Of a stretch of 60,662 nucleotides of DNA, positions 26,887 to 35,673 are shown in pieces. The stretch's first letter is position 1. The number at the start of each line of letters is the position of its first letter. Under the pieces are notes generated by a model, which was not told the origin of the DNA, did no database searches, and saw only the letters and a list, made by a program, of their open reading frames with translations. A program made the position numbers and the translations under genes. Source of the DNA: an uncultured Clostridia bacterium (lineage in GTDB: Bacteria > Bacillota > Clostridia > Christensenellales > UBA1242); assembly GCA_944372435.1 (NCBI GenBank), contig CALVZD010000001.1:1-60662 (forward strand), read 5' to 3'.

Positions 26887-27531
26887 TTATTGCATTTGTT
26901 TTGCAACTTCTTCTGCAAGGTTGTCTTGGCGTTTTTCAAGGCCCTCACCCATTTCATAACGAGTGAAACGGCGCACAGAAATCTTTTCGCCGATCGTTGC
27001 TGTTGCCTCTGTGAGCACAGCTTGAATGGTTTTTGATGAGTCTTTGACAAACTCTTGGTCGAGAAGGCAGAAATCTTTGTAGAACTTCACAACTCTTCCC
27101 TCAACCATTTTTTCAACGATTGCTGCTGGCTTGCCTTCGTTCAAAGCCTGAGCGCGAAGGATACTCTTTTCTTTTTCGAGCACTTCGGCAGGAACTTCGT
27201 CACGGGAAACATATTTTGGGTTTGCAGCTGCGATTTGCATTGCGATATCTTTTACGAGCGCGTTGAAAGCGTCAGTTCTTGCCACGAAATCGGTTTCGCA
27301 GTTCACTTCAACAAGCACGCCGATTTTTCCGCCCATGTGGATGTAAGATCCAACCACACCTTCGGAAGCGATTCTGCCCTGTTTTTTTGAAGCCGCAGCG
27401 ATACCTTTTTCTCTGAGCCAAGTGGTGGCTTTTTCAAAATCTCCATCAGATTCTGTAAGTGCCTTTTTGCAGTCCATCATGCCGGCGCCTGTTCTTGCTC
27501 TAAGCTCGGCAACATCTTTTGCTGTAAACAT
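26887..27531 (-). CDS. tsf: elongation factor Ts (short form)
   Basis: [23 protein letters not shown]; 214 aa. Confidence 0.95.
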   Translation of the reverse strand: MFTAKDVAELRARTGAGMMDCKKALTESDGDFEKATTWLREKGIAAASKKQGRIASEGVVGSYIHMGGKIGVLVEVNCETDFVARTDAFNALVKDIAMQIAAANPKYVSRDEVPAEVLEKEKSILRAQALNEGKPAAIVEKMVEGRVVKFYKDFCLLDQEFVKDSSKTIQAVLTEATATIGEKISVRRFTRYEMGEGLEKRQDNLAEEVAKQMQ

Positions 27532-27537
27532 ATGATT

Positions 27538-28476
27538 TTACTCTCCTTTTGGTTCAGTTTTTGCGGTTTTCTTTGCAGCTGGCTTTTTTTCAGCTTTTTC
27601 GGCTTTTTCAGCAGGTTCAGCTTCGGTTTTTTCAGCTGTTTCAGTTTTTTCAGCAGCTTTTTTTGCTGGTTTCTTTTTGGAAACTTTTTTATCCTTGTCC
27701 TCTGGCTTTACCTCATCGATGTCTATCTCTTTGATTGCTTCTTCAAGATTGACTTCTTCTTCGGTTTTTTCTTCCTCGTCAGATTTGAGAGACACGCCCT
27801 CTTTTGCCTCGATGACTGCGTCTGCAATAGCCGAAGCGATGAGTTTGACTGATCTGATAGCGTCGTCGTTGCCTGGGATGACATAGTCGATGCCTGATGG
27901 ATCGCAGTTTGTGTCAACAAGGCCAACCATAGGGATGCCGAGAGATTTTGCCTCTCTAACGCAGATGTGTTCGGTGCTTGGGTCAACAACGAAGATCACA
28001 CCTGGCATTTCGCGCATATCTTTGATTCCGCCAAGGTTTTTTTCGAGCTTGTCGCGCTCGCCTTTGAGAATTGCGACCTCTTTTTTAGGGAGCAGATCAA
28101 ACTCGCCAACCTTTTCCATTTGATTCAGCCTGTTAAGCCTTTCGATCCTCTTTAAAATAGTTTTAAAGTTTGTCAGGCAGCCGCCAAGCCAACGATTGCA
28201 AACGTAAAACATTCCGCAACGTTCAGCCTCTTCTTTTATAGCGTCCTGAGCTTGTTTTTTTGTGCCAACGAACAGCACATTTTTTCCAGAAGCCACAACA
28301 TCGCGAACAAAAAGATACGCTTTGTCGATGAGTTCACTTGTCTTTTCGAGGTTGACGATGTGGATATCGTTGCGAGCCGCAAAGATGTAAGGCTTCATTT
28401 TTGGATTCCACTTTCTCGTTTGGTGACCGAAGTGAACGCCGGCTTCGAGGAGTTGTTTCATTGAAATAACCGACAT
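27538..28476 (-). CDS. rpsB: 30S ribosomal protein S2 with a ~78-aa Lys/Glu/Ala-rich C-terminal extension
   Basis: Trimmed to [27 protein letters not shown] with an AAAGGAGGAAA SD. The tail is [11 protein letters not shown]...[16 protein letters not shown]. Confidence 0.95.
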   Translation of the reverse strand: MSVISMKQLLEAGVHFGHQTRKWNPKMKPYIFAARNDIHIVNLEKTSELIDKAYLFVRDVVASGKNVLFVGTKKQAQDAIKEEAERCGMFYVCNRWLGGCLTNFKTILKRIERLNRLNQMEKVGEFDLLPKKEVAILKGERDKLEKNLGGIKDMREMPGVIFVVDPSTEHICVREAKSLGIPMVGLVDTNCDPSGIDYVIPGNDDAIRSVKLIASAIADAVIEAKEGVSLKSDEEEKTEEEVNLEEAIKEIDIDEVKPEDKDKKVSKKKPAKKAAEKTETAEKTEAEPAEKAEKAEKKPAAKKTAKTEPKGE

Positions 28477-28618
28477 TAAATTTTTCCTCCTTTTAGTTTT
28501 TAGTCTTCCCCGCTCCGTTTTTGGCTCTCCCAAACAACCTGCGAAAGACCCAAGTTTTCACATAGGCAACAAATGGGAAATGGGAAACGGGTGATTATTT
28601 GTCTCAATGACGAAAAAG

Positions 28619-28647
28619 AGTATATCACACTGCAAAAAAAATTGCAA
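28619..28647 (-). promoter_or_regulatory. sigma-A promoter of rpsB-tsf, with a ~140-nt leader
   Basis: Reverse strand: TTGCAA, 17 nt, TGa-TATACT. Confidence 0.65.
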
Positions 28648-28652
28648 GCGTT

Positions 28653-29732
28653 TTAGCCTGCAATTTCTTGTGAATTTTTGCTTTCTTGGGTGGAGCTAGG
28701 TTCTAGCTTTTTGTTTTTGCGTTTGAAAGCGATCGACCAGAGCCCCGGAGCAAGAAAGACTGCGCTGTAAAAGGTTGACAAAATCCCTATCACGATTGGG
28801 AAAGCAAATGCGCGCATATCGCTGACGCCGATGATGCCGATGAGCAGCATGCAGAAAAGCGCGATGAGCGTGGAGAAGATTATGCTTGTCAAAGTCTCCT
28901 TTGTTGCGGCGTTTGCGATCGTCTCGTTCTTCTCTCCCTCAAACCTGCCCGAGCGCTGATATTCTTTCAAACGGCTGAGCATGATGATTTGGTTGCAAGC
29001 TGAGTAGCACATAACAACAACTAGCGCTGCGATGAAGGAAAAGTTGACCGTCAGGCGCATCATGAGCACGAGCGAAGATGTTATCAAAATGTCGTGGAAC
29101 AAGCAGAGCGTTGCGGTGAATGCGCTCGTCACGCCGAACCTGAGCCCAACATAAATTGCGATCAAAACGAGAGCGACGATTATTGCGATAAAAGCATTGA
29201 CAACCATTTCGGTTGAAGCGTTTGGAGTGACAATTCCCCCGTTTGCAACTGCCGACGGTGAAGCAGAATAGCCAAATTCCTCAACGAGACGCGCCTCTAT
29301 TTGCGAGTTGGTTGAAAGGATGTCGGAGGTTTCTTGCTGAGCGTTTTGAAATTTTACCACAATTGCCTGACCGTGATAGACGCCAAGGTCTGCGATGTCG
29401 ATTGTTGTCGATTGATAAGAGCTGCCTGAAAGGTCGAACTCGGCAAGCACGCTTTCAATTTTTTGCTGCATCGCTTGATAGCTGTCTCTGTCGTCAATGT
29501 CATAAACTTCGGCGTCTTCAACCAAAGCTTCATTGTTTGCATAGACCGTCATAATCGATCCGCCGGTGAAATCCAAGCCAAAGTTGAAGCCCAGTGTGCA
29601 GAGCAAGATTATGCCAACCACAAAGATGGCGATCGATGGGATGATGAACCATTTAAGGTTTTTTGTGAAGTTGAATTTTGAAGTTGTGATCGTTTCGTCA
29701 AAAGAGAAGCGTTTTAGTTTTTTTGTTGTCAT
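28653..29732 (-). CDS. secF: protein translocase subunit SecF
   Basis: LDFTGGSIMTVY and the C-terminal TM bundle. Overlaps secD by 4 nt. Confidence 0.9.
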   Translation of the reverse strand: MTTKKLKRFSFDETITTSKFNFTKNLKWFIIPSIAIFVVGIILLCTLGFNFGLDFTGGSIMTVYANNEALVEDAEVYDIDDRDSYQAMQQKIESVLAEFDLSGSSYQSTTIDIADLGVYHGQAIVVKFQNAQQETSDILSTNSQIEARLVEEFGYSASPSAVANGGIVTPNASTEMVVNAFIAIIVALVLIAIYVGLRFGVTSAFTATLCLFHDILITSSLVLMMRLTVNFSFIAALVVVMCYSACNQIIMLSRLKEYQRSGRFEGEKNETIANAATKETLTSIIFSTLIALFCMLLIGIIGVSDMRAFAFPIVIGILSTFYSAVFLAPGLWSIAFKRKNKKLEPSSTQESKNSQEIAG

Positions 29733-31081
29733 TTGTCACCTCCTTCTGAGAAGGCCTCTTCACTTGCCGATTCGCCAAGCGCTTTGCTGCGTTTAAGGCT
29801 CAGGCGCTTTGCGTTTGTTGAGTTGAGCGGCAGATACCACTTGACCAAAAACCTTGTCACAACTTGCGTGCAGAATGCAGCCAAGATCGTGCCTATCAGC
29901 AGCACCATTGCAAAGCTTTTGATTGCGGTTGTGCCCAAGATATAAAGCAAAATTGAAGCAATAAGCGTGACGATGTGAATGTCAAGCACCGGCCACAGCG
30001 ATTTTTTGAACCCGTTTTTTACTGAGAGAGGAATTTTTCGTCCGCTTGCATATTCGCTGCGAATTCGCTCGAACACGATGATGTTGCCAGCAGCAGCAAG
30101 AGCGAGAGAGATCAAAACTCCGGCAATGCCTGCAAGCGACATTTGCACAAAAGGAACTGCCATAAGGAAGAACGCAAAAAGGATGGGAAAAACCACGAGC
30201 GAAACATCGGCAAGCAGACCAAGTTCGCGAAACCTGAGCAGCATCACGAGCATGATCACAAAAACTGCAACGCCGATTGCGATCGAGCTGAACATGAGCG
30301 CATCCCGACCCATCGAAGCTGAAACTACTGTAATCTCTGAAAGCGAAAGGTCGGCAGCATACGAGCCGCTTGTTATGCGAACATTATACTCGGCAGCGGT
30401 TGAGGAGTTTGTGATGACTCCGCCGGAGATGAACGCCGTGCGAGAAGAGTCGATAAAGTTTGTTGAAGAGAGTGAGATTGCGCTTTCCTCGCCCACATAC
30501 GCATAGACGGTTGTGCTGCTAGCAGCTTGTGAGGAAAACTCAGAAAAGGTTTCTGATGCGCTGGATTTGAATTCCACTGCAACGCCATAAGTGCTGTTAT
30601 CCTGCCCAAGGCTGACATATGCGTTTGAGATGTCCTTGCTTGAAAGATATGTGCCGGTTGGATTTGACACATCAAAGTTTTCGTTTAAAGAAAGATAAAG
30701 GCTGACAGGCTCGCCGATGATTTCGAATAAGTCGGTGAAGTCCTCTTCCTGATTTGCTATTTCGATCCTTATTTTGTCGCTGCCCTGCTGCTCGATTGTC
30801 GAATCAGAGAGGCCATAGTTGTAGAGCATGCTGTTGAGCCCTGAGATCGTCGATTGAATTGAGCTGTCAAGATCGTTTGTGACGCTTGCTTTTGAAACTG
30901 AGGCGTCATAGACAACAGAAACGCCACCACTCAGGTCAAGCCCCAGCGGTATAGCGTTAATGAAACCGTTGTAATAATATGCAGTTCCTGCAACGTTGAA
31001 AGAAGCAAAAGTCAGCACCAGCCCAAGGATGATGAAGATTGCTAAGAAAGAAAATTTCCAGATTGAGCGCTTTTTTGACAT
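29729..31081 (-). CDS. secD: protein translocase subunit SecD
   Basis: GLDLSGGVSVVY plus six TM segments. 450 aa. Confidence 0.9.
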   Translation of the reverse strand: MSKKRSIWKFSFLAIFIILGLVLTFASFNVAGTAYYYNGFINAIPLGLDLSGGVSVVYDASVSKASVTNDLDSSIQSTISGLNSMLYNYGLSDSTIEQQGSDKIRIEIANQEEDFTDLFEIIGEPVSLYLSLNENFDVSNPTGTYLSSKDISNAYVSLGQDNSTYGVAVEFKSSASETFSEFSSQAASSTTVYAYVGEESAISLSSTNFIDSSRTAFISGGVITNSSTAAEYNVRITSGSYAADLSLSEITVVSASMGRDALMFSSIAIGVAVFVIMLVMLLRFRELGLLADVSLVVFPILFAFFLMAVPFVQMSLAGIAGVLISLALAAAGNIIVFERIRSEYASGRKIPLSVKNGFKKSLWPVLDIHIVTLIASILLYILGTTAIKSFAMVLLIGTILAAFCTQVVTRFLVKWYLPLNSTNAKRLSLKRSKALGESASEEAFSEGGDK

Positions 31082-31112
31082 TAAAACCCCTTGATGTGAT
31101 TGTTACCTTTCT

Positions 31113-31141
31113 AGTATACAGTTAAAAGAGGCTCGTGTCAA
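31113..31141 (-). promoter_or_regulatory. sigma-A promoter of secDF
   Basis: Reverse strand: TTGACA, 17 nt, TATACT. Confidence 0.6.
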
Positions 31142-31154
31142 ATGATTTTTGATT

Positions 31155-31571
31155 TTACTTTGTTGTTTTTTTAAGGTTTACGCAAATTATGCCACAAATT
31201 CCACCGATAATCGTGCCAAAAATGATGTCGTTGACGAGCGTTCGGTCAAAAACGAAGCTGTGATTGAGCGCTGAAAAAGCAAAAAAAGCGACGATGGTGT
31301 AAACGAGACCGATAAGCAAACCGCTTGCAAGCCCCATCTCCTTTTGTTTTTTCAGGCCGAGCAAAACTCCCAAAAAGATGCTGACACCTTTGATGACTTG
31401 GTTGATCGGAGTTATCAGACTTTCTGAAAGCGGTGTGAATTTGAGGCAAAACGCAAACACCAAAACGCAGACGAGACTTATGCAAAGCGCATAGACACTG
31501 CCCTTTAATATAGAGAGGACGACAGATTTTGCAGCCCCCCTTTCTTCCAGCTTTTTTGCCTTCATCTTCAT
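31155..31571 (-). CDS. small integral membrane protein (TIGR04086/YrzE-like)
   Basis: Trimmed to MKMKAKKLEE with an AAAGGAG SD. Four TM segments. Confidence 0.5.
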   Translation of the reverse strand: MKMKAKKLEERGAAKSVVLSILKGSVYALCISLVCVLVFAFCLKFTPLSESLITPINQVIKGVSIFLGVLLGLKKQKEMGLASGLLIGLVYTIVAFFAFSALNHSFVFDRTLVNDIIFGTIIGGICGIICVNLKKTTK

Positions 31572-31643
31572 AATTGACTCCTTTTGATAAAAATATACCA
31601 AAATATCTTTATGCCGCAAGAGAAAAACATATGAAAAAGATTG

Positions 31644-31671
31644 ACAAAAAAGCCTTCCGATTGGAAGGCTT
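31644..31671 (-). terminator. terminator of yajC
   Basis: Reverse strand: AGCCTTCC-aatc-GGAAGGCT followed by TTTTTTGTC. Confidence 0.85.
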
Positions 31672-31678
31672 TAAAGCT

Positions 31679-32152
31679 TTATTTTTTGCTTTTGGTTTTT
31701 GTTTGCGAAGAGGTTTTTGTTGAGGATTTTTTAGCCGCTTTTGCTGGCTCTTTTTCTTCAACTTTTCCCTTTTCTTCAACCTTTGTTTCTGGCTTTGTTT
31801 CAGCTGCTTCTTTTTCAGGCGCAGTCACATCCTTTGCAACAGGAAGCTGGTCTGAAATCACAGAATAGATGGCATATGCGTCAACCGTCATATAGCTTTT
31901 GTAGTTGCCTGAGCCGGTTTCGATTGTGATCTGTTTTGAGTTGCCCTCAAGCCTAATGTCGATGATCTTGCCGTAAACGCCACTTGTTGTGAGCACTTTG
32001 TCGCCTTTTTTAAGCGAATTTGTGCGCTCAGTGATCTTTTGATTTTCTTTTTTGTTTTTTGCGAACATGATGATTGGATATGCGATGAGCAAAACTGCGA
32101 TGAGGCATATCAAAATGATTTGCGTTGTGTCGAGTGACAAAAGTGTTGACAT
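31679..32152 (-). CDS. yajC: preprotein translocase subunit YajC with a Lys/Glu-rich C-terminal tail
   Basis: TM segment plus KKGDKVLTTSGVYGKIIDI, the YajC core. The ~55-aa tail is APEKEAAETKPETKVEEKGK...KTKSKK. Confidence 0.85.
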   Translation of the reverse strand: MSTLLSLDTTQIILICLIAVLLIAYPIIMFAKNKKENQKITERTNSLKKGDKVLTTSGVYGKIIDIRLEGNSKQITIETGSGNYKSYMTVDAYAIYSVISDQLPVAKDVTAPEKEAAETKPETKVEEKGKVEEKEPAKAAKKSSTKTSSQTKTKSKK

Positions 32153-32181
32153 AAAACTCTCCTTTTTGATTTGATAAGCCG

Positions 32182-32210
32182 ATTATAGCAAAACCAGCAA
32201 AGTTTTCCAA
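32182..32210 (-). promoter_or_regulatory. sigma-A promoter of yajC
   Basis: Reverse strand: TTGGAA, 17 nt, TGc-TATAAT. Confidence 0.65.
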
Positions 32211-32220
32211 GCGATTTTGA

Positions 32221-33948
32221 CTAGATTTTTTTAGATTTTATCTCTTGCAGCAGTCTTTCGACAAATTCAGCCAGTTTTAGCCCGCTTTTGTTTTCATTTC
32301 CCCTGCCGCGGATTGAAATAGTCTCGTTTGCAACCTCCTCGTCGCCGACGATGATTTGATAAGGAATTTTCATCGATGCGGCTTCGCGGATTTTGTAGCC
32401 GACCTTTTCGTTTCGGTCGTCAAGGCTTGCACGAATGCCGAGAGCTTTAAGCTCGTCGAGGATTTTGCTGCCATAGTCGTTTGCCCTGTCGGTGATTGGA
32501 AGAATTCGCACCTGTTCAGGAGCAAGCCAAACAGGGAAAGCGCCTGCAAAGTGCTCAATCAAAATGCCCATAAACCTTTCGATCGAGCCATAAACTACGC
32601 GGTGAATCATGATTGGCCTGTGTTTTGCGCCATCTTCGCCGGTGTATTCAAGCTCAAAACGCAGTGGCAACTGAAAGTCGAGTTGAATTGTTCCGCACTG
32701 CCAAGTTCTGCCAATTGCATCGTGAAGGTGGAAGTCTATCTTTGGGCCATAGAACGCCCCATCACCCTCATTTATCACATAGTCGAGCTTTAAGTCGTCA
32801 AGCGCGGCTTTCAGTGCGTCGGTTGCAAGCTCCCAGTCTTCATCCGAGCCCATGCTGTTTTCAGGGCGCGTGGAAAGCTCGACACTGTAAGTGAAGCCAA
32901 AAAGGCTGTAAACTTCGTTTATGAGCTTCACCACCCCTTTGATTTCATCTTTGATTTGAGCTGGCGTCATAAATATATGCGCGTCGTCTTGCGTGAAACA
33001 GCGCACTCGCAAAAGTCCGCCCAGCTCGCCTGATTTTTCGTGACGATGAACGATGCCAAGCTCGCCCACCCTCATAGGCAGGTCGCGATAGGAGTGCGGT
33101 GAATTTTTGTAAACCAAAATTCCGCCTGGGCAGTTCATAGGTTTGATTGCAAACAGAGTGTCGTCGATTTTGGTGGTGTACATATTGTTTTTGTAGTGAT
33201 CCCAGTGACCTGAGGTCTGCCACAGGTGCTGCGACAGCATGATCGGCGTTGAAATTTCCACATAGCCGGCTTTGGTGTGCAGATCGCGCCAATAGTCGAT
33301 CAGCAAGTTTTTTATTATCATCCCGTTTGGAAGAAAGAACGGAAAGCCAGGCCCCTCAGGTGAAATCATAAAAAGCCCAAGCTCTTTGCCAAGCTTGCGG
33401 TGATCGCGCTTTTTGGCCTCTTCCAGCATTGCGATATGCTCGGCGAGCTGCTTTTTGTCTGCATAGCCATAGGCATAAACGCGTTGCAGCATTTTGTTCT
33501 TTTCGTTACCGCGCCAATAAGCGCCGTTGACTGCGTGAATTTTGAAGGCCGCATTTTGAAGTTCGCGTGTCGAATTTACATGAGGGCCGCGACAAAGATC
33601 GACAAAGTCGTCGCCGAGATAGTATAGCGAAATCTCCTCGCCTTCTGGCAGCTCGCGGATGAGCTCTTCTTTGTATTCATTGCCTTCAAAAAGCTTGGCA
33701 GCCTCTTTTCGCGAAACCACTTTGCGTTCAAATTTTTCGCCTTTGTTTATGATCTCCCGCATCTTTTTTTCGATGAGAGGAAACTCCTCTGGCAATATCG
33801 ACTCGTCAAAGTCGATGTCATAATAAAAGCCGTCGTCGACAGGAGGCCCTATCGTCAGCTTTGTTTTTGGATGCAGGCTCATCAGCGCTTTTGCCAGAAC
33901 GTGCGCAAGTGAGTGACGCATCACAAAAAGTTTGTCATTTTTTTCCAT
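32221..33948 (-). CDS. thrS: threonine--tRNA ligase lacking the N-terminal TGS domain
   Basis: Trimmed to MEKNDKLFVMRHSLAHVLAKAL with an AAAGGAGAA SD. Upstream ORF codons overlap the T-box. Class II core and anticodon domain are present. 575 aa. Confidence 0.93.
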   Translation of the reverse strand: MEKNDKLFVMRHSLAHVLAKALMSLHPKTKLTIGPPVDDGFYYDIDFDESILPEEFPLIEKKMREIINKGEKFERKVVSRKEAAKLFEGNEYKEELIRELPEGEEISLYYLGDDFVDLCRGPHVNSTRELQNAAFKIHAVNGAYWRGNEKNKMLQRVYAYGYADKKQLAEHIAMLEEAKKRDHRKLGKELGLFMISPEGPGFPFFLPNGMIIKNLLIDYWRDLHTKAGYVEISTPIMLSQHLWQTSGHWDHYKNNMYTTKIDDTLFAIKPMNCPGGILVYKNSPHSYRDLPMRVGELGIVHRHEKSGELGGLLRVRCFTQDDAHIFMTPAQIKDEIKGVVKLINEVYSLFGFTYSVELSTRPENSMGSDEDWELATDALKAALDDLKLDYVINEGDGAFYGPKIDFHLHDAIGRTWQCGTIQLDFQLPLRFELEYTGEDGAKHRPIMIHRVVYGSIERFMGILIEHFAGAFPVWLAPEQVRILPITDRANDYGSKILDELKALGIRASLDDRNEKVGYKIREAASMKIPYQIIVGDEEVANETISIRGRGNENKSGLKLAEFVERLLQEIKSKKI

Positions 33949-33969
33949 AGTGTTCTCCTTTTTACGGGC

Positions 33970-34174
33970 AAAATAAAAATCGCCCTTAAAATTTAAGGAC
34001 GATTTGATAAACCGCGGTTCCACCTTAATTGCACAAAAAATTTGTGCCACTTTGATTTTGTTTTGCTTCATCGCCGCAAGTGGTTTCGCTTTCCCTCTCC
34101 GCCAAAAGTTTTTCACCAACCAACTTTTCTCTGGATGCTTTTAAGGGCGCTACTTGTCTTTCAGCTCAGCATAT
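33970..34174 (-). promoter_or_regulatory. T-box riboswitch (Thr, ACC specifier) with an intrinsic terminator
   Basis: Reverse strand: AATTAAGGTGGAACCGCGG T-box motif (34030-34012); terminator AUCGUCCUUA-aauuu-UAAGGGCGAU + UUUUAUUUU (34003-33970); GCGAA-ACC-A specifier context (ACC at 34084-34082); AGAGA box. Confidence 0.88.
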
Positions 34175-34180
34175 ATTCAT

Positions 34181-34209
34181 ATTATATTCATCGCAAAAAC
34201 CAAAGTCAA
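34181..34209 (-). promoter_or_regulatory. sigma-A promoter of the thrS leader
   Basis: Reverse strand: TTGACT (34209-34204), 17 nt, TATAAT (34186-34181). Confidence 0.75.
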
Positions 34210-34232
34210 GCAAAATTGCAAAATATTTTAAT

Positions 34233-35006
34233 TTATCGCAGCAAAGGCGTGACATTTGAATTTAAACGACTGTTTTGATTTGCCAAAAGCAGATTTAGCC
34301 TGCGGTCGAAGATGATTTTTAAAAGGTCTGTGGCGTGAGTTTCGTTTTTGTAATAAAAGTTTATCTTTTGCGGCGACAAGTCGATCAAGAGCGAGATCAG
34401 GGCTGAGCCACCCTTAGCCTCCTGTTTTTCGCCTTGCTCGCAGACATAATATCGCTCATTTTCCTCCTCTATCACATCGACTTCGTCTCGACAGATGTCA
34501 AGGTTGTCGATCAAAAATTTTAGCAGATCGTTGAATGCGTCGGCAGAGACGAGATAGTCGCGATTTTCGTTTGCAAGGCGCACAAGCTCCTGCCATTTGT
34601 CGCGCAGCTTGGGCAGTTTGAAACGATAAAACGACTCCAAAAAAAGGTTGCCGTCAAAGCTCAAATTTTTTGAGATGAGAAAATAGTCGGTTTCTTTGTC
34701 AAAATTTATCAGTGCCTTTTTGAAGGCGGTCATGCTCATTTCGTCTTGGTTTGAGAGGCTAAGGTGGCGATTTAAAAAATCAGCTTTAAAAAAATTGCAA
34801 ATCGCGTAGCTGACTGAGCGCAACACGGCAAGCTCGATTTCAGGCCGAAACGCCTCGTCAACCGCGAGTACGATTTTGCTGCCCTCCTTTTGTTTTGATA
34901 GCACAACAACGCCGTTGCAACTTAAAATATCCTTTCTGATAGAGTCAAAAAAACAAGACGCAAGTTCGTCGCTCTTTGGTCCAAAATTCACAGAATACTC
35001 CCACAT
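34233..35006 (-). CDS. ytxC: YtxC-like sporulation protein
   Basis: 257 aa. It lies immediately upstream of thrS, as ytxC does in Bacillus, and has similar size and character. GAGGTG SD. Confidence 0.6.
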   Translation of the reverse strand: MWEYSVNFGPKSDELASCFFDSIRKDILSCNGVVVLSKQKEGSKIVLAVDEAFRPEIELAVLRSVSYAICNFFKADFLNRHLSLSNQDEMSMTAFKKALINFDKETDYFLISKNLSFDGNLFLESFYRFKLPKLRDKWQELVRLANENRDYLVSADAFNDLLKFLIDNLDICRDEVDVIEEENERYYVCEQGEKQEAKGGSALISLLIDLSPQKINFYYKNETHATDLLKIIFDRRLNLLLANQNSRLNSNVTPLLR

Positions 35007-35051
35007 ACAAACACCTCGATTTTTTGACTACACTTATTTGTATGCAAAGAT

Positions 35052-35083
35052 AAAAAAAATACTCGCAAGCTGGTGCAAGTATT
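35052..35083 (-). terminator. terminator downstream of ORF 35105
   Basis: Reverse strand: AUACUUGCA-ccagc-UUGCGAGUAU followed by UUUUUUUAUC. Confidence 0.65.
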
Positions 35084-35104
35084 TTGTGTAATTTTGTAGT
35101 GAGC

Positions 35105-35356
35105 TTAGTTTGATTTTTTCTTCGGTGAGGCTTTGGAGCGCCTTGTCTGTTTTTTGGCAGGTCTTTTCGTTTCGCCTTTGACTGACACGCTGGTGATTTT
35201 GCCGCGAGAGATGTTGTATTTCATGTCAGCCACATCGTCATACACATCGCTGTGAGTGAAAACCAAGATCGTTTTGTGCATCTTGTAGTTTTCAAGCAGC
35301 GCTTTGACATTGCTTCTGAAACGAGGCTGCGTGTCTTCTGGGATTTCATATATCAT
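35105..35356 (-). CDS. hypothetical 83-aa protein resembling the Walker-B/H-loop end of an ABC-type ATPase, with a basic tail (possibly a gene remnant)
   Basis: LMIYEIPED...ILVFTHSDVYDDVADMKYNISRGKI resembles hhhhDEP...tvlivTHd...ad.i..l..G.i. The tracked 135-aa ORF crosses a terminator, so it was trimmed to the first ATG. No SD. Confidence 0.35.
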   Translation of the reverse strand: MIYEIPEDTQPRFRSNVKALLENYKMHKTILVFTHSDVYDDVADMKYNISRGKITSVSVKGETKRPAKKQTRRSKASPKKKSN

Positions 35357-35423
35357 GAGCACTTTGCTGTCAGAAAGCGTTACAAAAAATGTTTTAAATT
35401 CCTGAAAAATAAATGGCGATTTT

Positions 35424-35460
35424 TTCACAAAAAAGGACGACCTTTTTGTCGCCCTTTTTT
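35424..35460 (-). terminator. terminator of the 42-codon small ORF
   Basis: Reverse strand: AAGGGCGAC-aaaaag-GTCGTCCTT followed by TTTTGTG. Confidence 0.8.
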
Positions 35461-35466
35461 GCAAGG

Positions 35467-35595
35467 TTACTTTCTGGCAGACTTTGATTCTGATTTTGCA
35501 GAACCCGAGCATGCTTTTTCGCTTGAAGCCTCCATGCTCTTGTTTTGAGCAGCGGATTTTGACTTGCTTTGTTTAGAAGCTTTTTTGCCAAACAT
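35467..35595 (-). CDS. unannotated small ORF, 42 aa, Lys/Ser-rich basic protein
   Basis: Hand-translated: MFGKKASKQSKSKSAAQNKSMEASSEKACSGSAKSESKSARK*. GGAGGTG SD 4 nt before the ATG. A terminator follows 7 nt after the TAA. It is shorter than the ORFs listed in the track. Confidence 0.6.
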   Translation of the reverse strand: MFGKKASKQSKSKSAAQNKSMEASSEKACSGSAKSESKSARK

Positions 35596-35673
35596 GTTTC
35601 ACCTCCTATTTTTCAGGTTTCCCTGTGCTCTTATTGTGAGCATAAAAGGCGAAAAATATACAAGCGTTCTATA

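Noticed and set aside
27532-27852. Phe/Leu/Ser-rich 106-aa ORF ([20 protein letters not shown]...)
   Set aside because: It is the reverse-complement reading of the Lys/Glu/Ala-rich tail of rpsB, so it is a compositional artefact.
33949-34119. 57-codon N-terminal extension of thrS from the ORF track
   Set aside because: The region is the T-box leader (T-box motif, terminator, specifier). The SD-preceded ATG is at 33948.
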